Shown: positions 1 through 11,300 of the stretch, one piece after another
How positions within the stretch are numbered: the stretch's first letter is position 1
Layout of the letters: each line of letters begins with the position of its first letter
Origin: Dicyema japonicum
Taxonomy: Eukaryota; Animalia; Dicyemida
NCBI GenBank assembly: GCA_011109175.1
Contig: RDEW01000055.1
Coordinates: 139,516 to 203,515 of the forward strand
Reading direction: 5' to 3'
DNA length: 64,000 nt
Translations under genes and position numbers: made by a program
Notes under the pieces: generated by a model
What the model was told of the DNA's origin: nothing
The model's database searches: none
Seen by the model: the letters and a program-made list of their open reading frames with translations, nothing else

Positions 1-1250
1 ACCTCAGATATGTTGAGAAGAAAATTACCCTCGAGAAGGTCAAGGCAGCAATTAAAGTATGCAAGGCCAATGCTTCGACCTCGTCAGCATGAAAATGTTC
101 ACTATAAAATATGGATATATCCCAGTATGGTGGAAAAACTCTACATTCAGAATGATTCCCAAACCAGGAAAGCCGGGGAGGCACCCTCTCAACTATGGAC
201 CGATCAGCCATATATGCTCGATATCCGAGATTATTGAGCGAATTATTTTCAAGAGGATGTGTCTGCATATAGAAGAGACCGGTTTCCTACTCGCAGAACA
301 ATGAGGCTTTAGAACAGGAAAATCCTACGCGACTGCATATATCAAATTTACGGACGTACTAAAAGGAACAAAATGCAAGAGACAATTAGTGTGCTTGGAT
401 ATATCCAAGGCCTACGATAATGTGTGGCACGTGTCTGCAGATATTCCAAGTCACCTATTCGTATGGCTAAGGAATTTCTTAATCGGATGGAGTCATCAAG
501 TGCGCATCGGAGGACACGTATCCAAAGATATTTCACTCTAGAGAGGTGTTCCTCGGAGCTCTGTTTTAAGCTCATTATTATTCAACATATTCATGCCAAC
601 TTACTAATCCCATCCGAAACTAAATTGCTAATTTATACGGATGATATCCTGATAATGGACATGTCTGGAAAGTCAGCCTTATCGGAGAGGAGGCTCAAGA
701 AATTTATTAATCAGACTGGTGTGACCGGAGAGGAATGATGCTCTCAAAGGAAAAGTCGAACTTCTTAAGAATCAGCCGTATCAGAAGTCACCATGAACGG
801 CTTCACGCACTGTGAGTACCAAGAATGCGGTTACTCCACTACCTAAATGCTACGATTGATCATGAAGGCTCATTTCTGAAGATGTTAAGCTGAGGAGGAA
901 AAGAGCGCTACAGGCACTCCTCTGTACGCGTAGACTGTCCATCAGTACTGAGAAGTTTCTCTTCATATTGATGATGATTATTCTACCAAATTGTTGTACG
1001 GTTGTGAGGAGTGGTACATCACTAAAAAGGAAAATATACTATCATTATTAGAAAAGTTTAGAAGATCAGAGATAAGGTTGTCTTTAGAGACTACATGCCG
1101 GCTTGAGAATAGAGGAGTTCAAGATTCTTGTCCAATAAAACAGATAGTTGATAACAGGATTCGCGGCTTCCACAAAAGAACGCATGAAAATTGAGGCGAT
1201 AGGGGACGAGAGAGGTGTCCAAATCGAAAAGGCGGAATAAATTAAATAAA
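1..1250 (+). mobile_element. Jockey/I-like LINE (family A), degenerate RT and 3' end
   Basis: RT motifs MIPKPGKP...NYGPISHICSISEIIERIIFKR and LLIYTDDILIMD, with frameshifts; ends in a (TAAAT)n-like tail; homologous to 11477-15300. Confidence 0.85.
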
Positions 1251-1264
1251 TTAAATTATTAACC

Positions 1265-4200
1265 CCGGCTTCGCCAGCAAGTGGGAAGCCGGCGACCATC
1301 AGAGAGCGTGCAGTCCGGACAGGCCGCTCCCAGAGATCCTCGACTTTTGCATCCGGTGGTCCAGGGCAGGGAAAAAGGTCCCGAACTACTCTGCCAGCCA
1401 GGAAAGGGTGGTGTCCACATCGTAGGCGAGCCAGTCCGATTCTGATCTTCCTCGGGAGCGATTGTTCCGTTGGACTGATATCAGGGGGGAAGCGCTCCAA
1501 GACTTTGTTATATTGAAGTGTCCTCGAGATGAAATCATGGATTCGGCGGGTCCAAGTTGAGTCTTCTTGAGGGGGGGGGGTGATCTTCGACAAGGCTCTT
1601 TGTAGGTCAAAGAGGGTCCTGCGTATGTATCTGCGGTTATTGTTACTTAGCAGAGCGTGAACTGGGTGATTCGGGTCGAACGACTGCCGTAGGAATTGTA
1701 AATTACGCATTTCCAGGTGGTCATAGAGCGGGAGGATTTTCAACTCCCAATGTAAATGGTCGGTGGGGGTTGACTTTAAGCAGCCGGTTATTATTCTCAG
1801 CGCCGAGTTTTGCACTTTCTGCAGTTCTTGAAAGGGACAAGGAGATTGAGGGGGCCCAACTTGGTGCGGCGTAGTTGAGTGTAGTCCTGATGAACTGTTT
1901 GTAGAGAAGAGTTAAGTTTTCTTTTTGCTGACCGTTTGGGTGGCCAGCTACTGCCCGTAATATGTTAAGTTTCCGCTTGGCTTTTGTCATTACTTCCTCC
2001 ACTTGTCTGTTGAAACAGAGTGAAGGATCGAAGACAACTCCAAGGATCTTCGGGTATTTATTTAAGGGGAGTGGTTCGTCACCCAACGAGAGTGTGGGGT
2101 TTAGGTTGAATTGTCTTCGATCGGTTGTGAACAGGGTAGCTGATGACTTCGAGGTGGAAACACTCATCCAGTTTAAGTTCATCCAGTCGGATAGCAAGTT
2201 CAGGTGGTACTGCACTTTTTCGGTGGCCAGTCGAACATCGCCACTCCTGGATGCGATTACTAGATCATCGGCATATGTCAATAGTAACGTATTTTGGGTT
2301 GTTGGGATGTCTTTGACGTAAAGGTTGAAAAGTGAGGGTGAAAGGACTGATCCCTGGGGAACACCGTTTGGTAGGAGTCGGTATCTTGATAGATTTGAAT
2401 ATAGACACGTATGACCCAGTCTTCCCGAGAGGAAATTTGTGAGCCATGACTTCCATACAGAGGGAATATTTGAAGAATAGATCTTGTTGCAGAGGACCAC
2501 ACGGGAGATTCTGTCGAAAGCTTTAGTTAGGTCAATAGAGGCCAAGACAGTTCGTTCCGGGGGTTTGCAGTTGTTGAAACCGTTGAAGATGTATTGGGTT
2601 AGTGTGTCAGTAAGTGCGTGGTGGTCGAGTATAAAGGACGGAAACCATGTTGTGAGTCGGAGAGGTCGAGGTAAGGGGTGATTTCGTTAAGAGGATTTTT
2701 GAGACAACAGATGTTAAGGAAATTGGCCTGAACAAAGAGGGCAAGGAGGAGGCTTTGTTGTTCTTGAGTATTGGGATAATGTTCGACTTCTTCCATAACA
2801 TCGGGATGAAACACCTGTTGATGGAGAATTCGTAGATATCTTTAAGTGCCAAGAGCCCGTTTGGACCGAGGTGCTTTAGGTGGAATATGCTGATCCGATC
2901 GGGTCCCGTGGCTGGTGAGTTTCTTGAGTTTGTAATGAGGTTTTGAACATGACTTATTGATACTTCGAATCGTGCCTTTGTTACCCTTGGGGTTTAGTAA
3001 TATGAGGTCGATTTTCTTTATTCATTGGAATATGACTCATTTTGCAATAGTGAGTCATCAAGTCATTTGCCTGGCAGTGGAAATCTTTCGTTTGGTTGTC
3101 CTTTCCAAGTCTACCTCCATGGGTTGTGCTCGATTCGGTTTGATTTGATTGTATTTCTCTGATAAATCTCCAGAAACTTTGGGGTTTTGATTTTGGATTC
3201 AATCGAGAGACGAAAGTGGACCACTTCTCCTTTTTGAGCTCCGTAATGAGGTGGGTTATCTTCTTGTTTAGGGAAGAAATTTCATCTTGGAGTTGCTGGT
3301 TGGTTGTTCGGGAACGTTTTAGGCGTCTTCTCTCACAGATGAGATCCAATATTTCTTTGTTGAAAAATAGTTTGTAATCATGGATGAATCCTTTAGGGAC
3401 GTGCTTTCTATCCGCCGAAAGGATGGCTGAGTTGAAATGTGCAATGGCTTTGTCTGGAGAGGTAAAATTATTCACAGAGAAGTTTTCCAGCGACGTTTCG
3501 ACGTCAACCGTGAAGTCGATCCATCTCGCCCTTTTGTAGTTCACATAGGTTCGCCTCGACATAGTTCGTCCGAAATGCAAGAAGATGTCGATCAGAATAG
3601 GGTTATGATCTGAGGGTAAGTCATATCTGACATCCCAGTAGATCGATTTTGCAAGGGGAGCTGAGCATATGGAGAGGTCAGGAGACGTGTTAGGATCCCC
3701 AGGGCGTGTTCCACATCTCGTGTGTTGGCGGGGGTTATTTAATATCACTAGGTGTTCCAGTTCAGAGATCACTTGTTTCCCTCTGTGGTCCGAATTCTGG
3801 TTTCGGAACCATAGTGGATCTTTAGCGTTTAGATCGCCGCAAATAACTATGTTTTCGTATAGTTGAAGGAATTCTAGGTTTGGTCGGTAACTCTTCTGGC
3901 AGCAAGACGAAGGGGGAATGTAGATATTCAGAATTGTGTAAGGAGTTGACATAATATTGATGGTGATGGATAGCAATTCCATATGTTTATCAGAAGCCGC
4001 TGTCAATGTGTGGTCAGTGGTATCCGTGAATGGGATGGAGTTGTGAATGAGGGTGACCAGGCCACCACCGTGAGATCCATTTGATCGCTCAGAACGGAGC
4101 AAAGAGTAGTTTTTGAATTTTGGTGTTTGGGAGAAGGCAGACAAACGTGACTCATGCAGAAGGGCAATGTCAATACGGTGTTTAACCAAGTACTCAGCCA

Positions 4201-4335
4201 ATTCGGTATGTTTCGAGGTGATTCCATTGGTGTTAAGTTGTAAGATTCTGATGGATCTATTCTGCGGCCCTGGGTTTAGTTCAATGTCACCGGATGTCAG
4301 AATAAAAAACCCTATAGCTAACTCCTGATTAAATT
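1265..4335 (-). mobile_element. Vingi/ingi-like non-LTR retrotransposon copy 1 (2A-APE-RT, no RNase H seen), frameshifted
   Basis: APE (DIALLHESRL, ICGDLNAKD, SDHNPI), RT (FRPISLTS, DLTKAFD, GVPQGSVLSP, YADD), C-terminal LARLRCGHH; about 3.1 kb single-ORF layout; clade assignment is inference. Confidence 0.8.
4265..4291 (-). other. 2A-like (StopGo) peptide motif GDIELNPGP
   Basis: Translation ILTSGDIELNPGPQNRSIRILQLNTNGI is in frame with the APE domain; matches D(V/I)ExNPGP. Confidence 0.85.
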
Positions 4336-4382
4336 TGTAGTAAAGTTGTTATTAAATTATTAATATTCATTATTAAAAATGA

Positions 4383-5872
4383 CTAATAAAAATATTTTCT
4401 CAATTCGAAAGCTTCAATTCTCATTTCTTCCGCAGTCCTCAATGGTTTAACTTGTTTAGCGTCATTTTGTAACTAATAATAACACATCCATTACCTCAAC
4501 ATAAAGCATATCATTGTTAGAGAAATCATTTGCTACACGTGGAATAATATGAACATGTACATGCTATATTCAACAAATAGTAAAACCATAATAGATTGAC
4601 CAGCTTCCAGTCCGTCCTGAACAACAACTGACAGGGAAGTCCCACAAAAATGTTTTTCCACAACGTTTCCAACCTTTTGAATAGTAAGGTTCAAATCAAC
4701 AAGCTCATCAAAGTTTAGTTGATTATAACGAGTAATTCCCACCCTTAACGGAGAAACAAGAACATCTGAATAAAGGAAAAAAGCTCACGTCCAGGAAGTA
4801 CCGGTCTAATGTTGACAAATGCGACAGAGAGTCGAGTACGCAAAAACATCTGCTCTGAGCTTATAGAAACTGCACCAAAACTGAAGACAAAGTCATCATT
4901 AATTTCCACTTTCAATCAAAAGGAAACATACTTGGAGTCCAACACATTACGTTCGGGTAAAAGTTAGAAGGACGATGAGTCTCAAAACAGGGCATTCTAC
5001 TTCTAACCTTACTAGTCAGGCTATGGTCGATATTAGCCACAATAAATCCGACCTCTTCCCCACATTCAGCCACAACTTCCCCCAGGGATCTATAATCTGA
5101 ACTATTAACAAAACTAAACCATAGAGTGACCAAACGATCTTCTCTTATCATTGTGCCAACCAGTCTGATTTGCGGCCACGACATAACTCTGAGTCTCAAC
5201 AGCTCGACTCTTCAGGAGCATCTACTTCCTAAACACTAAACAAACCTCCCAATGAGCACATCCTGTCTCATAAGTGAATGCAGAAGGATATGACAGAATT
5301 TCAGCCCCCAGTTTCCTCAACATGGTGGCAAACTCAGGAAAACGAAGGTCATAGCACTTAAATGTTATATATAGTCAAACAATTTGTAATCCCAAATTTC
5401 CGGCAGGGGTTTCAACAGGAGGAGTAAGAGTGATGCCAGAGTTGTAGTTTTCACTCTCTTTGAAGGTCCCCGCCAAATCAAACATGTTTAATTTTTCATA
5501 GGTAGAGACAATTTCTCCATTAGAGTCAATAATAATGTGAGTATTCTTCATTTTATCTGATATTTTGTCACCATTGTAGAACTTAGTGTGAAATCCTCCC
5601 AAAGACAGCCACATGTTTGTGTCACGTGCTAATGATCGCATCCTTTGCACTACACTTCCGGTTAAAAAATCTGCTTGTTTGTACGACTGTTCCTTTGAAC
5701 TGCCAATAAAGTCAAATCCTTCTGGAAGAAACACCATTTTAGCACCAGTCTTTTCGACTTGTTTAACAAGTGTGACTATTTTTGTTATATTATGTTCTAT
5801 ATTGTCTATGCATTGAAGTTGAATTGCCGCTATTTTGCATATTCTACCAACACACATGTTTTGTTGACTCAT
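4383..5872 (-). CDS. NitFhit: Nitrilase-Fhit fusion protein (NitFhit), 8 exons
   Basis: Nit motifs FLPEGFD, YEKLNMFD, ICYDLRFPE, YPSAFT, HSMIIDPWG; Fhit motifs RPVLPGHVLV, QDGLEAGQS, HVHVHIIPR; seven GT-AG introns of 24, 24, 23, 23, 22, 23 and 22 nt give one continuous frame. Confidence 0.92.
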
Positions 5873-5934
5873 TTTATTAATTTAAATATATATTTCATTT
5901 TTTATTTAAAATACAAGTCACGTGGGTTTACTTT

Positions 5935-6060
5935 TTTAGCACATGTTTATGGTTTCGCTTGTGCACATAACACACACTTTATTTTAAGCAAAGAACAGTT
6001 ATCATAGCTAATCGATGAGGGAGAACCAAGGAATGCTCTTCACTTCTTTGTTTTTTTCTC
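5935..6060 (-). mobile_element. SINE family 2, 3' portion
   Basis: Reverse complement reads gaagtgaagagcattccttggtt...aactgttctttgcttaaaataaaagtgtgtg, matching 38745-38820 and 59130-59200. Confidence 0.75.
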
Positions 6061-8907
6061 AGATGTATGTCCAAACATCAAACAGAACATTCTATGTACG
6101 GATCTAGAAAGATACAAAACCGGTGTGGCATGTTTGCAAGAGACGAAGGTGACAGAAATAGATGTATGATATGACAACTACCGGTTAATACTTCTACTAC
6201 CATCCGACTCCCGTCATTATGGGATGGGCTTTGCTACACACATCTCACTTGTGGATCGGTTACTAAAAGTATGGAGAGTAACAGACCGAATTGCTATTAT
6301 TAACTTAATATAGATAATAAGAGATCGATCATGTATTTCCCCCACACAGGAAGATTATCAACTTCTATGTATGAGCTTGATGATTTTTATATGAGTTTAT
6401 GTATACTCACAACTCTGCTCGTCCACGCTAATTTTTATTGCGGGAGACTGGAATTCAAAGGCAGGAATTGAACGCAGAAATGAACGTTGTATTGGTAATC
6501 ACGGAAGGGGGTATCAAAATTTTTCTGGAAATTTTATGATCGACTTTTGTCATACCTACGATTTGTTTCGTGCAACACGGCATTTCAGCACGCCGCTTGA
6601 CACAAGACCACCTGGATAGGTTGTAGAACAAACAAAAATGGAGAGGAACAAAAAATATTCAATCAAATAGATTATATTTTGTGCAAGCAGTCGCACGAGA
6701 GATTATGAGTGGACTCTCGTTCGTATGGAGGAGCATTGACAAATAGCGATCACAAGATCGTAGTCTGTCGGTTGAATCTTAGAGGGCTTAATGGAATATT
6801 ATATGCGAATCATACACGTCACAGAAAAACACAGATGATAGCGGGAGAAGAATTAGTGAATAATTTTGCAGTCCTCACGAGATACCAGCAGCGAATAGAC
6901 CAGTATCTATCCAATATTTGGCCTACCCCACATCGTGTGGAAAAGAATCTCTGAAGCCATAATGACGGCTGCCAAAGAAACAGTTGGGATTCGCGAAAAT
7001 ACTATGAAGATATAAAGGAGCATACAACAGTCAATGAATTTCCTATCCGTCAACGAGATATAAGACTTCTAATTGAAGCTTGTGATCCTGAACGAAAATC
7101 CGAATTAAAAAATTGCGAAATACAATCCAACACGAAATTAAGAAGAATGTGCTCCGATCATGGTCGGACTTTTTGTAACAACGAGTATTGGAAGTGTAAA
7201 GATTACATTTATGTGCAAAAATGTTTATGGCTGTGCGTTTACTCAACCGCGGGTCAGTTAAAACCAATTTAAAAATTCAAGATGAGTTCGGTCACTTTGT
7301 ATTGGACACTAACCGTTCTGCTGGACTTATAGCCCAACATTTTAGCAAGCAGTTCAATCGAGAGGATATTTTACCCATCACACAATTCGAAGGACAGCCT
7401 CGTTCACTTAATAATGTGCTTATGGATTCCGAGATTCGTGGAGGACTCCTTCGCTTGAATAACAACAGAGCAGCTGGCTATGACAATATTTGTGGAGAGT
7501 TGTTAAAATACGCACCCGGCTAGCAGAAAAGATATCTTTTATATTCAACGAGATATTCAGGACTCATTGTTCAATTGACATCGCGATGGGAGTTCTACTT
7601 CCTTTACAAAAACATGGCAAAACTGCAGGTCCAAAAGAAAATCTCAGGCCGATCGTGCTTTCGACACTGCGAAAAACATTGTCGAATACAACATTGAATA
7701 TCAAATTCAGTTGACCAATACTTGTCACCAAGTCAAAGTGGATTCAGACCAGGATAATCGACCGCTGATATAGTGTGGAGTCATCGGTGGCTTACGGCAA
7801 TATGTAAGAAGTACAGAAAAACAATGTATATTCTGGGAGTCGACTTATCGAATGCATTCGACTGTGTCTGCCGAGATAAACTACTGCAAGTTCTCAAAGA
7901 CATAATTGATGAGGACTGTGCGTTTTTTGCTGGCTGACACGAGCCTCATAGTGAAAGTGGGGAAGAGCTATTCGGAAAAATTCACGACCGGGATTGGTAC
8001 TCGGCAAGGGGACTCACTTTCACCAGTTCTCTTTGCAATCTATTTGGAAGATGCGTTGAGAGATGTTAGAAAAGAATTTGGTCACTTAAATAATCATTTT
8101 GTGGAATTAATATATCCAGATGACATCGATTTTGTGTCTGAGGATGTGGAGGTACTAAGAACTGCAGTAAATAAAGCCACAACGGTTCTGGAGAGGTGGT
8201 CTTAGAAGATCAATTCAGAATAAACAGAGTTATCTTCGATTCAGCGGTTATCGACACGGATTGATGAGAAATGGAGGTTTACTAAAAGGCTCGACTCGTT
8301 TTTAGGTGATGCTGAGGACATTACTCGTAGAAAGATGTTGGCATCGTGTTCTCTGAAAAAGATGTGGAGTGTTTGGACTCGCAGAAAACTTATCTCCTTA
8401 AATCTTCGGATGTGCTTATATATGGCGTTCATATAACCAGTCCTATCATATAACTCGGGAACATGGGGAACTAAAAAAACTGACCTTGACAGACTAGACA
8501 CATTTCATAGAAATCAATTGAGAAAAATTGCGGGAATCAAATGGCCACAGATTATCCAAAACGACACTACAAATTATGTAAATGCAAACCGATAAGCAGA
8601 GAATTAATTACCACACGGTGGCGACTTTTCGGACATGTTCTGAGAATGGACGAAGTGATTCCTTGCAATCAAATCATGGAATATTAGTATTCAAATCATG
8701 GAATTGGATTTCGGGGTCGGCCAAGATGTACGCTTCCCCTCTGCTTAATAACGATTACGCACGAATTGGCGGTCAATTCAAAACTGGAGACGATCTTGAG
8801 GATATTCGTAAACGCGCGAGAAACAGAGCTAAATGGAAAGGGGTGACTGGGAGGATAGTCGAGTGTACGGCACGAGCGAACCCCTAGGCATTTTACGTGC
8901 TTATGGC
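6060..8907 (+). mobile_element. RTE-clade LINE copy 1, degenerate
   Basis: APE (SYGGALTNSDHKIV) and RT (AAGYDNICGELLK, RQGDSLSPVLF, YPDDIDF) with stops and frameshifts; homologous to 16770-19712; tail resumes after the MULE at about 10389. Confidence 0.85.
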
Positions 8908-10379
8908 GGTACTAAGACATTTGGCCGACAGACGTTTAGCCGACAATTCAATTAAGCATAAATAATAAATACACTATGTATTTTAATAACGGTAAAAAAT
9001 GGAATTTTCACAAACCACTCATGGAAAGAGAAAACTTCTGCATGACGGCTATGCGTACATTAGACAGAGAGAGAATGTCATATATTGGAGATGTGAGCTG
9101 AAAGGAAAATGCAAAGGCAGAGTAAGAACTGTTAACGAATAACTTAATAGAACTTTGACACCACACGAACATCCACCAAATGCAGGACGTTTACATGCGC
9201 TGAAAACCGTCAATACGATAAAGAAGAGAGCGAGAGAGTCTGAAAAAACTACATCCACAGTTATCCAAAATTGTTTAAGCACATACCCTATTGATGCTGC
9301 TTGTACGCTACCCAAAAAAGAAACCCTTGCACGTACTGTTCAACGACAGCGTACAGATCAAATACAAGACGGTAATGTTCTAACTGATGAACTTAAAAGT
9401 ACTCTCAGAGGAGATGATTTTGTGCTACACGTTAGTGATCGATGGCTTATATTAACAACAGCAAGAAACCTTGATCTTATGTCTATGAAAGAACATTGGT
9501 TATGTGATGGTACTTTTGATTCAGCTCCATTAGGTTTTCAGTTATACATTATGTGAAACATGCTCCATTAGTGTACGCTATTGCTCGAGATAAATCTCAA
9601 CAAATGTATGAACAAATATTTTCAACCCTGAAAGAGAAAAGGCCACAATTGAATCAACTATCATTTACCATAGATTATGAGCGAGCAGCGATCGATGCTA
9701 TTAACAGAATTTTTTCAAATGCAAATGTGTATGGCTGCTACTTTCACTTTGGGCAGTGTTTATGGCGAAAAATATAAAATCTAGGACTGCAGGCATGGTA
9801 CAATGACCCAGCAAATGCAAACTTAATTAAAAGTATTCAAGCACTGGCATTTGTTCCTGTACCTCAAGTCATTGAGAGTTTCCGAGCGCTCCTTGAAACT
9901 AAAGATGACGAGACTGATGACGTGTTGGGAGATTTTCTGACCTATTTTGAGACAACATGGATCGGAGCCTTGCAACGTGGAAGGAGAAGAAGACCATTGT
10001 TTAGTTTGGAAATGTGGAATGTACACGACAGAGAGGCAGAAGGCCTTCCAAGAACTGCGAATTCACTTGAAGGATGGCACAGATCTTTTTCACAAAGAGT
10101 GTCTATAAAGCATCCAACTGTTGGTCGGCTTGTTGCAAAAATACAAAAAGAACAGTGGGAGCTCACAGTAGTACAAGTGATCGGAATATCAATAAGACAA
10201 GTAAAGGAGTACCAGGATGTGAACAAAAGGATAAACATTATTATTAAAAAATATGATGAATACATGGTAGAATTTTTGACTGCGCTATCTCATAACCTTT
10301 AAGTAAATGTTTTTATCTTGAATTTTAACACCAGAATGTCTTGTCGGCCTAATATCTGTCGGCCAAATGTCTGTACACC
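8908..10379 (+). mobile_element. MULE (Mutator-like) DNA transposon with FLYWCH-MULE transposase, frameshifted
   Basis: TIRs ggt(g)ta(c)agacatttggccgacaga; 9-bp TSD GCTTATGGC at 8899-8907 and 10380-10388; motifs YWRCELKGKCKGR..HEH, WLCDGTFDSAP, GCYFHFGQCLWRK, RTANSLEGWH. Confidence 0.92.
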
Positions 10380-10409
10380 GCTTATGGCAACTCGGAAGTG
10401 CTATTAAAT

Positions 10410-10590
10410 AACAATTATGTCCTTTATAAACGATCCGGTTTCGCAATGAAGTGTTCACTGATGACGGCGTCACTCGTCAAGCCAAAGCATATTGATGCGT
10501 GGAACCTTCAACCGAATGTACAGTATCGGGATTCGAACTAGCGACCCTCAGGCCTCTTGCCCGGCAACCGTCACACTGTACCACCAGTGA
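10410..10590 (-). mobile_element. SINE family 2, tRNA-derived head and body
   Basis: Box A-like tggtacagtgtg and box B agttcgaatccc; body gaaggttccacgcatc...ttgacgagtgacgccgtcatcagtg is shared with 59010-59070. Confidence 0.8.
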
Positions 10591-10624
10591 ATTTACTTAA
10601 ATTCACTTAAAAATTTAAGATTGG

Positions 10625-10960
10625 CCGAATGGCGTCCCCAAGGATCACCCATTCCCTTTATTATTCAACCGGTCAATCTTCCCATTCCAGAAAACAATAT
10701 CCAACTAACTTATGTTGATGACATTCTTTAGGCCTCACGTTATCAATGTATTTAGATTGCAACAACACGTGGACCGTCTTAACGTTCGGATGACGACTGC
10801 CTATCAATTAGCCCCGAGAAATCAGTCATCATATAATTCACATCCGACAACAGATTAAGCAGACGGATGGTCAAGTTAAGACGATATCCCTTTTACCAAA
10901 TACCAGAAAATTATAAGAATCACATGTGTTTCTCACTCTGAAGGGCATATCCTGAACTCT
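10625..10960 (+). mobile_element. Vingi-like RT fragment
   Basis: NGVPQGSP and YVDDIL-like motifs in degenerate frames. Confidence 0.6.
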
Positions 10961-11231
10961 ATCTACAAGCAACATGTCGAACCATGCATCTCATGCGTGT
11001 GCTTCTTGATGCCCGTTTATCTCTTTGACAAATTCCATTAAGAATCCAGTCAATAAACAAAGATGCGGAGCGATGGACTTCTGGAAAGGTCCCTCTCAAG
11101 AAAGGTCTCCTCTTCTGGAAGGACTTTTGGATTTCATAATCCGCATGAACTGAGGAGAGGGTCCATGTGACTTTATGCACTACAAAATGAAACAGATGAT
11201 CTTCTAAACTATCGTCAAATCCACCATCCAT
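10960..11231 (-). mobile_element. Possible CRE-like retroelement fragment
   Basis: Weak resemblance to the post-RT region of the 19716-22700 element; no diagnostic motif. Confidence 0.3.
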
Positions 11232-11300
11232 AAATTGTTTTTATTTTAGAAAATAGATAATGTTGCTTATATTTTGTTATTTATCATCGATTTAGTATTA

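Noticed and set aside
10520-10590. tRNA-like sequences at 10520, 15455, 34450, 52236 and 58935 as tRNA genes
   Set aside because: No complete cloverleaf could be drawn, and each continues into a shared about 250-bp body, so they are SINE heads.
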